Positions 23,373 through 35,483 of a DNA stretch of 64,000 bases are shown one piece after another. The position numbers and the translations under genes are program-made. Numbering within the stretch: the stretch's first letter is position 1; each line of letters starts with the position of its first letter. The DNA comes from Anolis carolinensis (taxonomy: Eukaryota). The notes under the pieces were generated by a model that was not told the origin of the DNA, made no database searches, and saw nothing but the letters and a program-made list of their open reading frames with translations. Where the stretch lies: contig NC_085843.1 of NCBI RefSeq assembly GCF_035594765.1, positions 95,209,971 through 95,273,970 on the forward strand, read 5' to 3'.

Positions 23373-26300
23373 TCATTCATTAAAAGCTTGCGTGCACAAC
23401 CATGTCTTTAAGGCTTTCCTGAAGCCTAGGAGAGTTGGTATCTGTCTTATGTTGCTGGGGAGGGTTTTCCATAGCCAAGGAGCCACCACCGAGAAGGACC
23501 TGTCCCTCGTTCCCACCAGCCTTACCTGCGAGGCTGGTGGGACCTAGAGCAGGGCCTCCCCCGATGATTTAAGAGTTCTAGAAGGCTCATAGGGGGAGAT
23601 ACGTTCGGACAGGTAAGGTGGGCCAGAACCATTTAGGGCTTTGTAGGTCAAAACCAGCACTTTGAATTGGGCTCGGTAGCATATTGGCAGCCAGTGGAGC
23701 TGACTCAACATGGGAGTAGTACGCACCCTGTAAGCCGCTCCTGTTGTTAGTCTGGCTGCTGCCCGTTGTACTAGTTGGAGCTTCCGAGCCGTCTTCAAAG
23801 GCAGCCCCACATAGAGCGCATTGCCGTAGTCCAAACGGGATGTAACCAGAGCGTGGACCACCGTGGCCAAGTCAGACCTCCCAAGGTACGGGCGCAGCTG
23901 GCGCACAAGTCTTAGTTCTGCGAAGGCTCCCCTGGCCACCACCGAGACCTGGGGCTCCAGGCTCAGCGATGAGTCCAGGAGAACCCCCAGACTGCGAACC
24001 TGTGTCTTCAGGGGAAGTGCGACCCCGTCCAACACAGGCTGTAACCCTATACCCTGTTCAGCCCTGCGACTGACCAGGAGGACCTCTGTCTTGTCTGGAT
24101 TAAGTTTCAATTTGTTCGCTCTCATCCAGTCCGATACAGCGGCCAGACACCGGTTCAGGACCTGAACAGCCTCCTTAGTGAGAGGTGGGAAGGAGTGACA
24201 GAGCTGGACATCATCTGTGTACAGATGACACTGCACCCCGAAACTCCTGATGATCTCTCCCAGCAGCTTCATGTATATGTTGAACAACATGGGGGACAGT
24301 ATTGACCCCTGCGGGACCCCACAAGTCAATGGTTGTGGGGCCGAGCAGGTGTCCCCCAGTGACACCATCTGGGAACAACCCTCCAGGAAGGTCTGGAGCC
24401 ACTGCAGAACAGTACCCCCGAGACCCATCCCAGCAAGGCGTCCCAGAAGGATACCGTGATTGACGGTATCGAAGGCTGCTGAGATGTCCAGCAGAACCAG
24501 CAGGGACACACTCCCCCTGTCCAGTTCCCGGCGTAGATCATCGACTAAGGCAACCAAGGCTGTCTTGGTACCATGCCCCTGCCTGAAGCCAGACTGTGCC
24601 GGATCCAGAAAATCAGTATCTACCAAGAATGCCTGGAGTTGTGCGGCCACCACACGTTCCACAACCTTGCCCAAAAAGGGGAGATTGGAAATAGGCAGAT
24701 AGTTCTCCAATTGAGTGGGGTCCAGTGATGGCTTCTTCAACGGTGGTTTGATAACAGCCAATTTAAGGCTCGCTGGAAATACGCTTTCCCGAAGGGAGGC
24801 ATTCACCACCACCTTCACCCACTCAGCCAATCCCCCTCTGGCTTCTCTCACCAGCCAGGATGGGCAGGGGTCTAGGATGCATGTGGTAGCCCTCACCTCT
24901 CCAAGCACCTTGTCCACATCCTCAGGCTGAACCAATTGAAACAAATCCATCAAAATAGGACAAGCAGGTGCACTTGTTACATCCTCGGAGACTGCCGTTA
25001 ATATGGTGTCAAATCCAGAGCAGATCAAAGCGACTTTGTCTGCAAAGAACCGAGCAAATGCTTCACAGCGGGCTGCCGAGTTGTCAGGGATCCCGTCCCA
25101 AAGGACGGGATATAACAAACCTCTGACAACTTGGAACAGCTCCGCCGGACGGTTCTGTGTGGACGCAATATTAGCTGCAAAGAAAGAGTTCTTTGCAGCA
25201 TCTATTGCCGCGGCATAAGCCTTAAGGTAAGAGCCCAGCTGTGTTCGGTTTGACTCGTTCGGTTTTGAACACCACACGCGCTCTAGTCCCCCCCTCTTCT
25301 TTTGCTTCATCACTGCCAACTCCTCAGTAAACCAAGGAGATGGTTTAGCTCGGGTACTCGAGAGGGGACGTTCCGGAGCGATCGTGTTTATTGCCCTAGT
25401 CATCTCCCGATTCCACAGAGCGACAAGGGCATCGACAGAATCACCAGCCGAGGTGGCGGGAAACTCCTCAAGAGCCATCAGGAAGCCGTCCGGATCCATG
25501 AGCCTCCTGGGGCGGACCATTTTAATGGGTCCTCCACCCCTGCGGAGGTTAGGGAGCGCAGCAAGTCTAAACCTGATCAGGTGATGGTCGGTCCATGGCA
25601 ACGGAGCGATGGTAAGCTCCTCCACACCGCCATTTTCCTCCCACCCCTGACAGAAAACCAAGTCAAGCGTGTGCCCAGCTCTGTGGGTGGGACCAGATAC
25701 TCGTTGGGACAGCCCCATGGTTGCCATGGAGGCCATGAAGTCCTGAGCCACACCTGAAAGGTTGGTCTCGGCATGGACATTGAAGTCCCCGAGCACAATG
25801 AGCTGTTGAGACTCCAATTCCAGGCCAGAGACCACACCCCCTAGCTCTGGCAGGGAGACTGTAGTGCAGCAGGGTGGTCGGTACACTAGCAGTCTGTCCC
25901 GGTTACCTACCCTCAGGTGGACACATTTGAACAAGGTTGACTGTGGGATGGGGCACCTGGTCAGGGGGATTGACTCCTTATAGATTACTGCGATACCACC
26001 TCCCCTCCCTCCAGATCTTGGTTGGTGCTGCATGGTGTAACCTGGCGGACAAAGCTGGGTGAGGTTAACCCCCCCAGCCTCGTCCAGCCAGGTCTCCGTT
26101 ATGCACGCCAGGTCTGCCTGTTCATCCAAGATAAGATCCTGGATGATAGCAATTTTTCCATTGACAGACCTGGCGTTCAACAGTACCACCTTTAACCTGG
26201 AGGGACCGCCAGCCTGGGCACCCAAGTTTACCATATCAAGAGGCCGTTTTAAATCTATAAGAACTCTTTTTTCCCCCTAGGCTGAATTATATTATGCCTC

Positions 26301-26704
26301 CCTTTCCCGTATCTCCCCCTCTCCTGAATTACTTCTATGGGGACTCCTCGGCTGTTAGATGGCCACCCTCTCGCCACATGGTCCATCATTATGTTAACGT
26401 CAGCTTTTAAATAAGGGCACATATCTTGTTTTTGCTGCGTCGTACTTCTCCCTCCCTTCAAGTTAATTAAAATTCTCTCCTTCCCCGTCTCCTTCACCTT
26501 GGGAGCAGCGCAGGTCTTATATGCCAGAAAGCTTTGTAATTTTCTCCCTTCTAGTCTCCCAAATGTTAAAGTGCTATGTGCTAAGGTAGTGGGAGCTAAA
26601 TTAAAATCATTGGGGTAACAGAGGCTCGACTGGAGGTTAAGAAGTAACAAGCTTACTGTTAAAATGATCGCAGCATCTAGAACAGTGCCCGAATGCATCA
26701 CCAT
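23373..26704 (-). pseudogene. L2 pol ORF reconstructed at ~1110 aa, with one frameshift (~26270) and one nonsense codon (23544-23546)
   Basis: After the TAG the frame continues VPPASQVRLVGTRD...AFNE*; the 44.8-kb copy reads EALLSVPP at that site. Confidence 0.8.
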
Positions 26705-26712
26705 AATCTGTA

Positions 26713-27035
26713 CAGTAGAGTCTCACTTATCCAACACTCGCTTATCCAATGTTCTGGATTATCCAACGCATTTTTGTAGTCAATGTTTTCAATGCATTGT
26801 GATATTTTGGTGCTAAATTCGTAAATACAGTAATTACTACATAGCATTACTGCATATTGAACTACTTTTTCTGCCAAATTTGTTGTCTAAAATGATGTTT
26901 TGGTGCTTAATTTGTAAAATCATAACCTAATTTGATGTTTAATAGGCTTTTCCTTAATCCCTCCTTATTATCCAACATATTCGCTTATCCAACATTCTGC
27001 CGGCCCGTTTATGTTGGATAAGTGAGACTCTACTG
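26713..27035. mobile_element. Tigger-like MITE copy 2, inserted in the L2 5'UTR
   Basis: Same TIR as 5016-5344; TA TSD. Confidence 0.9.
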
Positions 27036-30000
27036 TACTTTGTACTACTTGTGTTGTTTTTAAGGTCACTTTTTGCACCAATTACCCACCAAACCTTCCC
27101 GTCCCCTAACTGACCCCTCCCTGCTCCCCACTATTACCCTAATTGTGTACTAACCCCACAGCTGATGTTAATTATAATAGCAACTATACAGTTTATCTCT
27201 AAAGTGCATTAGTGCTTATTATTCCAAGCAATAGATGCTGTAGTGTTCTTTACTCAATCCGGGAATAGTTCATCGAGCCAGTTCAAATTAATAGGGGGGT
27301 CTCGTGATATAACATAAGAGGTAGTGCATTAAAGTTCGGTTCCATAAAGTGCAACTGGTATACCTTCCAGGAATACCAGTTCAAGGATCAGACTCAGACC
27401 ACCTTAATGCCTCAATACTTGCTGCTAGCAGAGGAAGATCAAGTTTTCGACATCCTGGGAAGCAAGGAAGATCTTCATCTGTTGGTCAGTACACGGGGGC
27501 CAGGTTGTAGATTTCTGTGCGAAAAAGGTCTATTCTCTGAGGCCATGGTTGTGCGGCTGCTCTAGAACCCTACCTTTTATAAGGGACCCATGTTCACACA
27601 AGTTGTCAAGACAAGGCTGGTTTAAGTCCAGGCCTTGGTTGCAATGGATCCACTGCCATTCCTGAACTCGATGTAAAAAACCCATAGTTGGAACCTCTTC
27701 CATAAAACTAAGGGCAAGCTTTTTACTAGGAAGATGGAAGTATTCGCTTCCTGCTGGGCAGAGCAGGACTATGGTTTCCCTTGCAGATAGCATCTTTGAG
27801 TTTTCTTCCAGAAGAAGTCGTCCAGATTCTTTTGCCCAAATTCCAGGACCATGGAGATATATTTGGTGGGGATCTGCACCTGAATCTAGGGACAGATTGC
27901 AGGAGTTTTCTGGGCACCGTCAGTTTGGTGTGGGCCAAAGGTGAAGATGAAACCTCAACCTGGGAGATGGGGACATTGTCTCCCTGGCCATGGCCCAGAA
28001 GGATCCCTGTCAGAATGACACCTGTGAAATCCAGAAATGTTTGCAGGCAAGTAACTCTATGACATCTAGGTGTGAAGCAGCCATCCAGGAGATAGGAAGG
28101 GATGACGTTCAGTATCCGAGCATAGGTTTGTCTCTTGTTTAGTGTTTGGGTCGAAGGGAAAAGAGGAACAGAAGCCAGTACTGGCCCCCAAGACATTCAC
28201 CATCTCATGATCCTGTGGAGACTGACTACTGGAGAACATGGGCCTTTTCTGCAAATTATGTAGCTACACAATGCATCATCCCTCTCGTTGCATGGAAGAG
28301 AGTTCCAGGATCCAAGCCTGGGGAGGAGGAACATGTTCCACAGTTAATGTGGTTGGTATAGTAGCATTCCTAGCAGTTGGTGGAGATTAATATATATGGA
28401 ATGCTTGGCGGTTTGGTGATGGCTAATATAGGATCATGACTTCCAGGGTGGTGATGCTGCAAAAGGTATGGAAGGAGTTAATCTCCCTCCTGGTTCTAAT
28501 GGTCAGACTAATCTGTCTATAAGAACTTACAGGTGGTAGCAATTAAGGGAGGACGCCTGCAGAGATAGGATGCAGAGGTGATCAACTGCATAAAAAGAAC
28601 CTGGCTAGAAGACTTAACTGCTCTTTGGGAGAACTCTGTGTCATGCTTGGCTGTGGATACTGGTGGTTTTTCTCCCAGGTTGCATGGTTTGTAGTATTCT
28701 GACCTGTATCGTGAACTTTTGTGAACCTTGTACCTTGATGAAGCTGGGTGTTGTTTTGGTTAATCTCTGCCTGCATACCCGCAGACCCTTGGAGCCTGAC
28801 AATTTGGAAGAGCTGCTTTTAGTACTGTCTAGAGTTAGGCCCAATGTTGTGATCTAGGAACCCTATTCAAATAAAAGAAGCTTGCCTATAGGACTAGATA
28901 CGTTGTTATTTCAAGTCTGACAAGATTTGATTTGACTAATACATATGGAAGGCTGGGATAGGAAAAGTGGGGACTAAATAAGCATTGACTATATTAAAAG
29001 CAGTGATTCATTTTGTAGCATTTCTTGCTTTACAGAAAAGTCTCTCTTTCATTTTTCTAGTTGTATAAAACTTGTCATAGGCACAAGAGCATGAATTCAG
29101 TGCCTTTGTGTAATCAGATGTAATTCTGCAGTTGCTATTCAGTTGTCAATAGTATATAACCTTCCTTAGAAAGATTAGGTTCTGTACAATTTTGTAACAG
29201 TGTTAAATCAGGGTAAAATTCACCCCAGTTTGACTATTTTCTTTATGTCTCCGTATATTTTATGATTTAGGAGGGACTTCGCTTTTGTGATTAATATTAA
29301 CATTAGGTTTCATGGCAGAAACAGTTCTTTACATTTATATCTTCATGCTAAGCCAGTTCTTAAAAAATAAATATTTTATATTCCGTCTGTTGCGTACTGT
29401 AGTCATTGGATGTTAATATTTGGTTTAATATTGTTCTTAACATTTCTTTTGGTTTTTCTACATTATACCTTGCTGTTTTGTGGACTCACTGCACTTTTTT
29501 GCTGGTATGTTTTTCTGTTCCAAGTTTTAGTAATTCGTTTTTGTATGTTTTTTATTTGCTGTTTCCATTTTTTATAATTTGTTTGTCAAAGTCTTGTGTC
29601 TGTATCCAAAGTAGTCCTGTCTTGGTTTATATTCACTAATCCAGTGGCTCAAAGTCTTTGGTCCTCCAAGAAGTTTTAGCTAGTATTACCCGTCATCAGG
29701 AACTAAGGGTTGAAGTCCAAAACATTTGCAGTAATCTATTAAAAATATCTCTGTGGATCTGTACTGGCTTCCAAAAGAAAAGATAGCTCTCTTTTCTCTT
29801 AAGTGTCAATCAGGCAATGCTCATTTGTGTGTTCTTTTTGTTTCCTGTGAAGAGTGACTTAACTCTATACATGGTTCCAGGTCTTGCTGTCATCCCAAAT
29901 CCTTGTTTACAATGCTTTCTTTGTTCTCACAGTATTGGTTTCCAGAGGTTTCAAGTGAGTGCGGATGCAGGCTGAATCTGGACTTGATGAGTGGTGAAGC

Positions 30001-31096
30001 CAGATACTTAAAAAGATGAAATGAGAGTAGTGGATTCCTAAGGAAGTATCACCTGAGTGGTAAAAGAGCTCTAGAAACACTGAAATCTACATTGTATTTT
30101 TGAGGGAGACACTTCTTCTAGAGAGAGCAAAGTTTTTTGTTCGTGACCAAGCTGAGGGTTATTGAAAGGCTGGTAAAGGTCACATTATAATGCGAACAGT
30201 CCCATTCTTCTTGAGCGAACAGAATTCTGGGAAACATAGCTTGGGAAGGCGAGGACCCCTGTGGCAGAGAATTCAAAAGGCCCCGCCTTAAACTACATTT
30301 CCCAGAACTCTGTTTCAGAAAACGAGCTGCCCACGTTAAAGCCCCAAGGTGATGAGGTAATTTGTAAAACAGGAGTTAGTCCAGTGATTTTTAGTGTTGG
30401 ACTAGGACTCCCAGAAACCAGGACTTGAATCACTATTCAATCACGTCTATCAGTTGGGTGACTTTGACTATGTCATACGCTCTCAGTCATAGAGGGGGGC
30501 CATGGCAAATCTGAATAGAGCTTGCCAAGTAAACCCTATGATAGGTTCACTTTAGGATTGCTGTAGTTTGCAGACTTCTTGCAGAATATGTCTCATATAT
30601 ATAGTTCAGTATTTGAAATTAAGAGTCTCCATTCATAACCTAATTCTGTGCAATTTTCAAGATGGGTTGGGTGTGCACATAACAAGCAATTGCTATTCAA
30701 GTTTAATTTCTTCTTGTAGGTAGGAGCAACGGTGTTTGTCACAGGAGATGAGAACTATTTCCACAGTTGAGTTTGTAAGACTGCTCTTTTAACCATGGTT
30801 AGCCCTATGGATTCAGTTTCAGAGTCACTGTTGTTTCCAGGAGCTTCACTACTGTGGCCTTTATTTGCTTGTTTGATAAAAAAGGAATTCGGTTACGGAC
30901 AACCTTGGGATTGGTGCAATGTTAAAATGTTTTATGTTTATGTTTGATGGTTTATAGTTTTTAATGGTTTAATTTATAGTTATGTTATTGTTTTAGATGT
31001 GTGATGTACTGTTTTTATTGTATGTGAGGCACTAAATTTTTGCCTTTTATTTGATGTGAACTGCTTTGAGTTCCCCCAGGGGTGAGAAAAGTGGTA

Positions 31097-31419
31097 CAGT
31101 AGAGTCTCACTTATCCAAGCTAAACGGGCCGGCAGAAGCTTGGATAAGCAAATATCTTGGATAATAAGGAGGGATTAAGGAAAAGCCTATCAAACATCAA
31201 ATTAGGTTATGATTTTACAAATTAAGCACCAAAACTTCATATTATACAACAAATTTGACAGAAAAAGTAGTTCAATACGCAGTAATGTTATGTTGTAATT
31301 ACTGTATTTACTAATTTAGCACCAAAATATCACGATATATTGAAAACATTGACTACAAAAATGGCTTGGATTATCCAGAGGATTGGATAAGCAAGGCTTG
31401 GATAAGTGAGACTCTACTG
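31097..31419. mobile_element. Tigger-like MITE copy 3 (opposite orientation), inserted in a LINE 3' tail remnant (~30900-31450)
   Basis: Same TIR, TA TSD; flanks rejoin as ggggtgagaaaagtggta...aataaataaa. Confidence 0.9.
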
Positions 31420-34373
31420 TATGTTAATGCAATAAATAAACAAATAAATCTGTTACACATATTATAATTTACAGCTTTCAATGGGATGTGGCAGACCTTT
31501 AGTAGCCATGCATTATTAAAAATCAGACAAATGGTATTACTTTAATAAGTAATAACTAATTTCATTTTTTAGGAGAAACTAAATGTTACAACTGAAGTAA
31601 GACATTATATATATTTTAAGGCTACTTTGGTGCAAGGTGTGATATTTTTGGTAACAGACATTTAGAAAACTGAAAATAATTAAATCTACATTTTGAGCTA
31701 GCTTTTGTTATGTAAAATGTGCTAGATTAAATGAAATAATCTGCTGCAACAAACAATTGGCAGTATTACTAAACCGAGCCGGCAATAAAATATATAGTAG
31801 AAGAGGACTTCGATGTGAAGGTGGGCTGTTCAGCTAGGCTGAAAATGAGGGAGAATCTATCGCTTCCATTCATCTAATTAGGAAAGAGATTTCATGGATT
31901 TTGTAGCTATAGAAGTATTTCATTTAATTAAACATATGTTCAGGGTTGCTACATTATGGGAAACTGAGGAAATGAAAATTGGTCAGGGAAATTTTGATGA
32001 ACTTGTGCTTGAGTGAATGTGGTTTCTTTGTTTTGTTGAGAGAGAACAGTCTGCACCTGTGGAAGTTAGACTAGAAAAGAGACAGAATATTAGTGTAATG
32101 CAATAATGTTCATACATATTTGACAACATTGTTTTGAAAATTATGTATGATTTTCACAAATATTTAAAAATATTTTGATGACTAACAGTTAAAGAATAAA
32201 TTGATCCTGTATGTTATACCATTTTTATTATTGAGAAACTAACTGGTTTCTTGTGATGCAGTGATTTTTGAATTTAAACAAATAATCAATTTAATACAAA
32301 AGATGCCGTATTTTGAGGGATTGTCAAATTGTGTCTGGCTGGATTTAGTAGCCAGTTATTAGTTGTCCTTGCCTGCTGTCAGGTCCAGTAATGTAGAACA
32401 ATAATGTACTCTTAATGGTAAAATGAGGTTAGTTTACAGTTTATTAGTTTTTATACACAGTACTGTGCTAATAAAAGGTCATTTTAAAATGTTAATTTTG
32501 TTTGAGGTAAAAAGAAATATCATATAAAGTTTATGTAGAGAAAGCTTTCTTACATGCTGTGCCACTTTGGTTAGATTCCAGTGCTTAAAGAGGTTTGACA
32601 AAAATTGTTTCAGTAATTTTGTAATGTTAAAACATTTCATTTATTTTTATTTACGGTAATGTAATATATGCATTTTGAACCTTGGTGTTATTTTTATAAA
32701 ATGGTGGTCAGGGAAACAGACAATAAAATTTATGTGGCAAACCTGTGATGTTCCAGAATAGTTATTTTTAGATCTGTAGAAACAGGCTATCTGAGAATAT
32801 AAACTGGGATGGTGTAAGCGCTACTAAAAATTAGACACTTTCTCATATTCAGTTAATTACTGTGATTGCCATGCAAATGACAAAGAATTAAAATGTCAGG
32901 ATCTTTATTTTACCTTTTAACTTGTTCCCACATATGCAGCAGCAATAGGAAATACTCTCAATGGCTAATATGTCTTTACAGAATTTGTGGGAAAGCTTAA
33001 GTTGAAAAATTAAAATTTAATTTTAATATGTAATCTGCTAATAGGTGGTAAGTGTGGAAAGTGTTTAGACTTAGGAAATGAATTTCTGAAAAGGTCTTTG
33101 TCTTAATGTGTTTTGTTAACTTGATGTTATAAGCTGCCTTGAGTCCTCTTCGGGGCGGAGAAAGGCGGAGCAGAAATAAGGCAAATAAATAGATCTATAT
33201 CTATCTATGGCTGAAATATTTTCAGCTCCTTGTAATCATGTACATTTCAGCCATACACACAGATATATACCAATTTAACAACACATTTAAAGAACCAGCT
33301 TGTTCTGAAATCTCTCAGAGCCTAAATGATGAGATAGCTTGAACCTGTGCTCAGATCATTGAGGTGGTCGCTTTAAAGAATGTAATATCACAGCCTCAGG
33401 TTTTGGTGGTCAAAAGTGGATATTCGCAATCCTGCAACTGTAAAATGATTTTATCCCACTTGTTCATTCTATATCAGAGAATATGATAAAAACCATCTTA
33501 ATTTTAAAAGAAGCCATTAAAAACTATTTAACTTTTTTCTATTTAATTACTGTTGCAAGTGGACATGGGAAGGTACAACTAGAGGTTGTCCTTGAGCTTC
33601 AGAGCAGTCAAATTGTTGAACCTTGTGTAGATCCTTGCACTGTTGGATTCAGTGGTAACCAAGAGGCATGGTAAGATTGGCCTGAAGGCCTGAGGAGCAA
33701 AAACCCACAATTACATGGGAGGGCCTGCTGGGTCACTGAAATACCAAAACAAACAGGGTAGCCTTTAAAGCAGTGGCTATTAATCTTATTAATCTTTAGT
33801 CCTCTAAATAATTTCTTCTACAACCCCAGACCATTAGCCATGATTACAAATGCTTCTGGGAGTTGAAGTCCAAAACATTTGAAAAACCACTGCTTTAAGG
33901 GATTAATTTGCAAGCATTAGAACTCTCAGAAAGTAGTTGAATTATTTTGGATGCTATTTAAACTATCACTACATTCTAAACATTTTAAAATGTCTTTGAA
34001 AAGTGATGGCCTATTTAATCTAGGGTTCTGTAATTAAGTGCCCTTTAGACTATGTGGGGTTATGGGAGTTTTGAGGAAAGCTGGTTAGGTATCTTCTGTG
34101 GCACATTTTAGATGCATTGGCAGAAAGGTCTGTGGGGAGTAATTGCATCCAATAATTGTTAGTCCAGTAATTATCGGTTCTGTAATGATAAAGCAGGGCA
34201 ACTATTAGAAAAGTGAGAAAAAGAACTAGGCCTTCAGTTAGTAACTCTTTGCTGTACATGCGCCATGATTATACATCATAGTTTAATTATGTAAAATCAG
34301 GCAGTATTGTTTCAGAGACATTTCTCCTCCATACCATCTTGGTCAACACACACATGTTTTGCTCTGTCCTTAG

Positions 34374-35483
34374 GTGAAAACATCTGAATTTTATCGTTAC
34401 TCCCGGCAATTGCGGCATGAGGTGGAACAAGCTATGAATTACTTCCACAGTGTGCACCAGCAGCCTTTGATGGAAATGAAATCAAATCGCATCCGTTCTG
34501 CCAAACCCCAGACTGCAGTATTTAGAGGAATGATAGGACACAGCATGGTAAATAATAAGATCCTTCTCTTACACAAGCCAAGGGTCTGGTGGGAGCTAGA
34601 AGGCCCACAAGTACCTTTACGACCAGACTGCCTTGCTATTGTCAATAACTTTGTATTTTTATTGGGTGGGGAAGAATTGGGACCAGATGGCGAATTTCAT
34701 GCTTCTTCAAAAGTGTTCAGATATGATCCGAGGCAAAACTCTTGGTTGCGGATGGCAGACATGTCTGTGCCACGTTCAGAATTTGCTGTTGGTGTTATTG
34801 GAAGGTACATCTATGCAGTGGCTGGAAGGACAAGAGATGAAACATTTTACTCAACTGAACGTTATGATATAACAGAAGATAAATGGGAATTTGTGGACCC
34901 CTATCCGGTGAATAAATATGGACATGAAGGAACTGTTCTTGGCAACAAGTTATATATCACTGGCGGAATAACATCCTCTTCCACCTCCAAGCAGGTCTGT
35001 GTGTTTGATCCCAGCAAGGAAGGGACTGTGGAGCAGCGAACAAGGAGGACTCAAGTGGTCACCAATTGTTGGGAAAACAAATGTAAAATGAATTATGCAA
35101 GATGTTTTCACAAGATGATTTCTTATAATGGCAAACTTTATGTTTTTGGAGGCGTCTGTGTAATCCTAAGGGCCTCTTTTGAGTCTCAAGGGTGCCCTTC
35201 CACAGAGGTTTATGATCCAGATTCTGATCAGTGGACTATTTTGGCTTCTATGCCAATTGGAAGAAGTGGTCATGGTGTAGCTGTCCTGGACAAACAGATA
35301 ATGGTTCTTGGGGGACTTTGTTACAATGGTCACTACAGTGATTCAATTCTCACTTTTGATCCTGAAGACAATAAATGGAAAGAAGATGAATATCCAAGAA
35401 TGCCTTGCAAGCTAGATGGCTTACAAGTTTGTAGCCTGCACTTTCCTGAGTATGTACTGGAACATGTTAGGCGATGCAGCTAA
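34374..35483 (+). CDS. KLHL15: KLHL15 final coding exon (Kelch repeats, 369 aa + stop); total 604 aa
   Basis: tag acceptor then GTG (Val, not a start codon); Kelch GG/Y/W repeats; ends EHVRRCS*. Confidence 0.97.
   Translation: MKTSEFYRYSRQLRHEVEQAMNYFHSVHQQPLMEMKSNRIRSAKPQTAVFRGMIGHSMVNNKILLLHKPRVWWELEGPQVPLRPDCLAIVNNFVFLLGGEELGPDGEFHASSKVFRYDPRQNSWLRMADMSVPRSEFAVGVIGRYIYAVAGRTRDETFYSTERYDITEDKWEFVDPYPVNKYGHEGTVLGNKLYITGGITSSSTSKQVCVFDPSKEGTVEQRTRRTQVVTNCWENKCKMNYARCFHKMISYNGKLYVFGGVCVILRASFESQGCPSTEVYDPDSDQWTILASMPIGRSGHGVAVLDKQIMVLGGLCYNGHYSDSILTFDPEDNKWKEDEYPRMPCKLDGLQVCSLHFPEYVLEHVRRCS

Larger units (their letters stand above)
23111..27360 (-). mobile_element. Near-full-length L2-clade LINE (APE endonuclease + RT)
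   Basis: 896-aa ORF with LLNARS, ITETW, GDFN, TDH, PQGSILSP, YTDD motifs; (TAAA)n tail; candidate TSD tacctt (23105-23110, 27361-27366). Confidence 0.92.
20514..28801 (+). mobile_element. Decayed Gypsy-type LTR retrotransposon (5' LTR 20514-21351; 3' LTR ~28330-28801) interrupted by an L2
   Basis: Direct repeats; TGTCA...TGACA element termini; 5-bp TSD ATTTG (20509-20513, 28802-28806); polypurine tract ggggaggagga before the 3' LTR. Confidence 0.85.

Noticed and set aside
26262-26280. Programmed -1 frameshift between L2 leader and pol
   Set aside because: No canonical X XXY YYZ heptamer in the right phase; a 1-nt deletion is simpler
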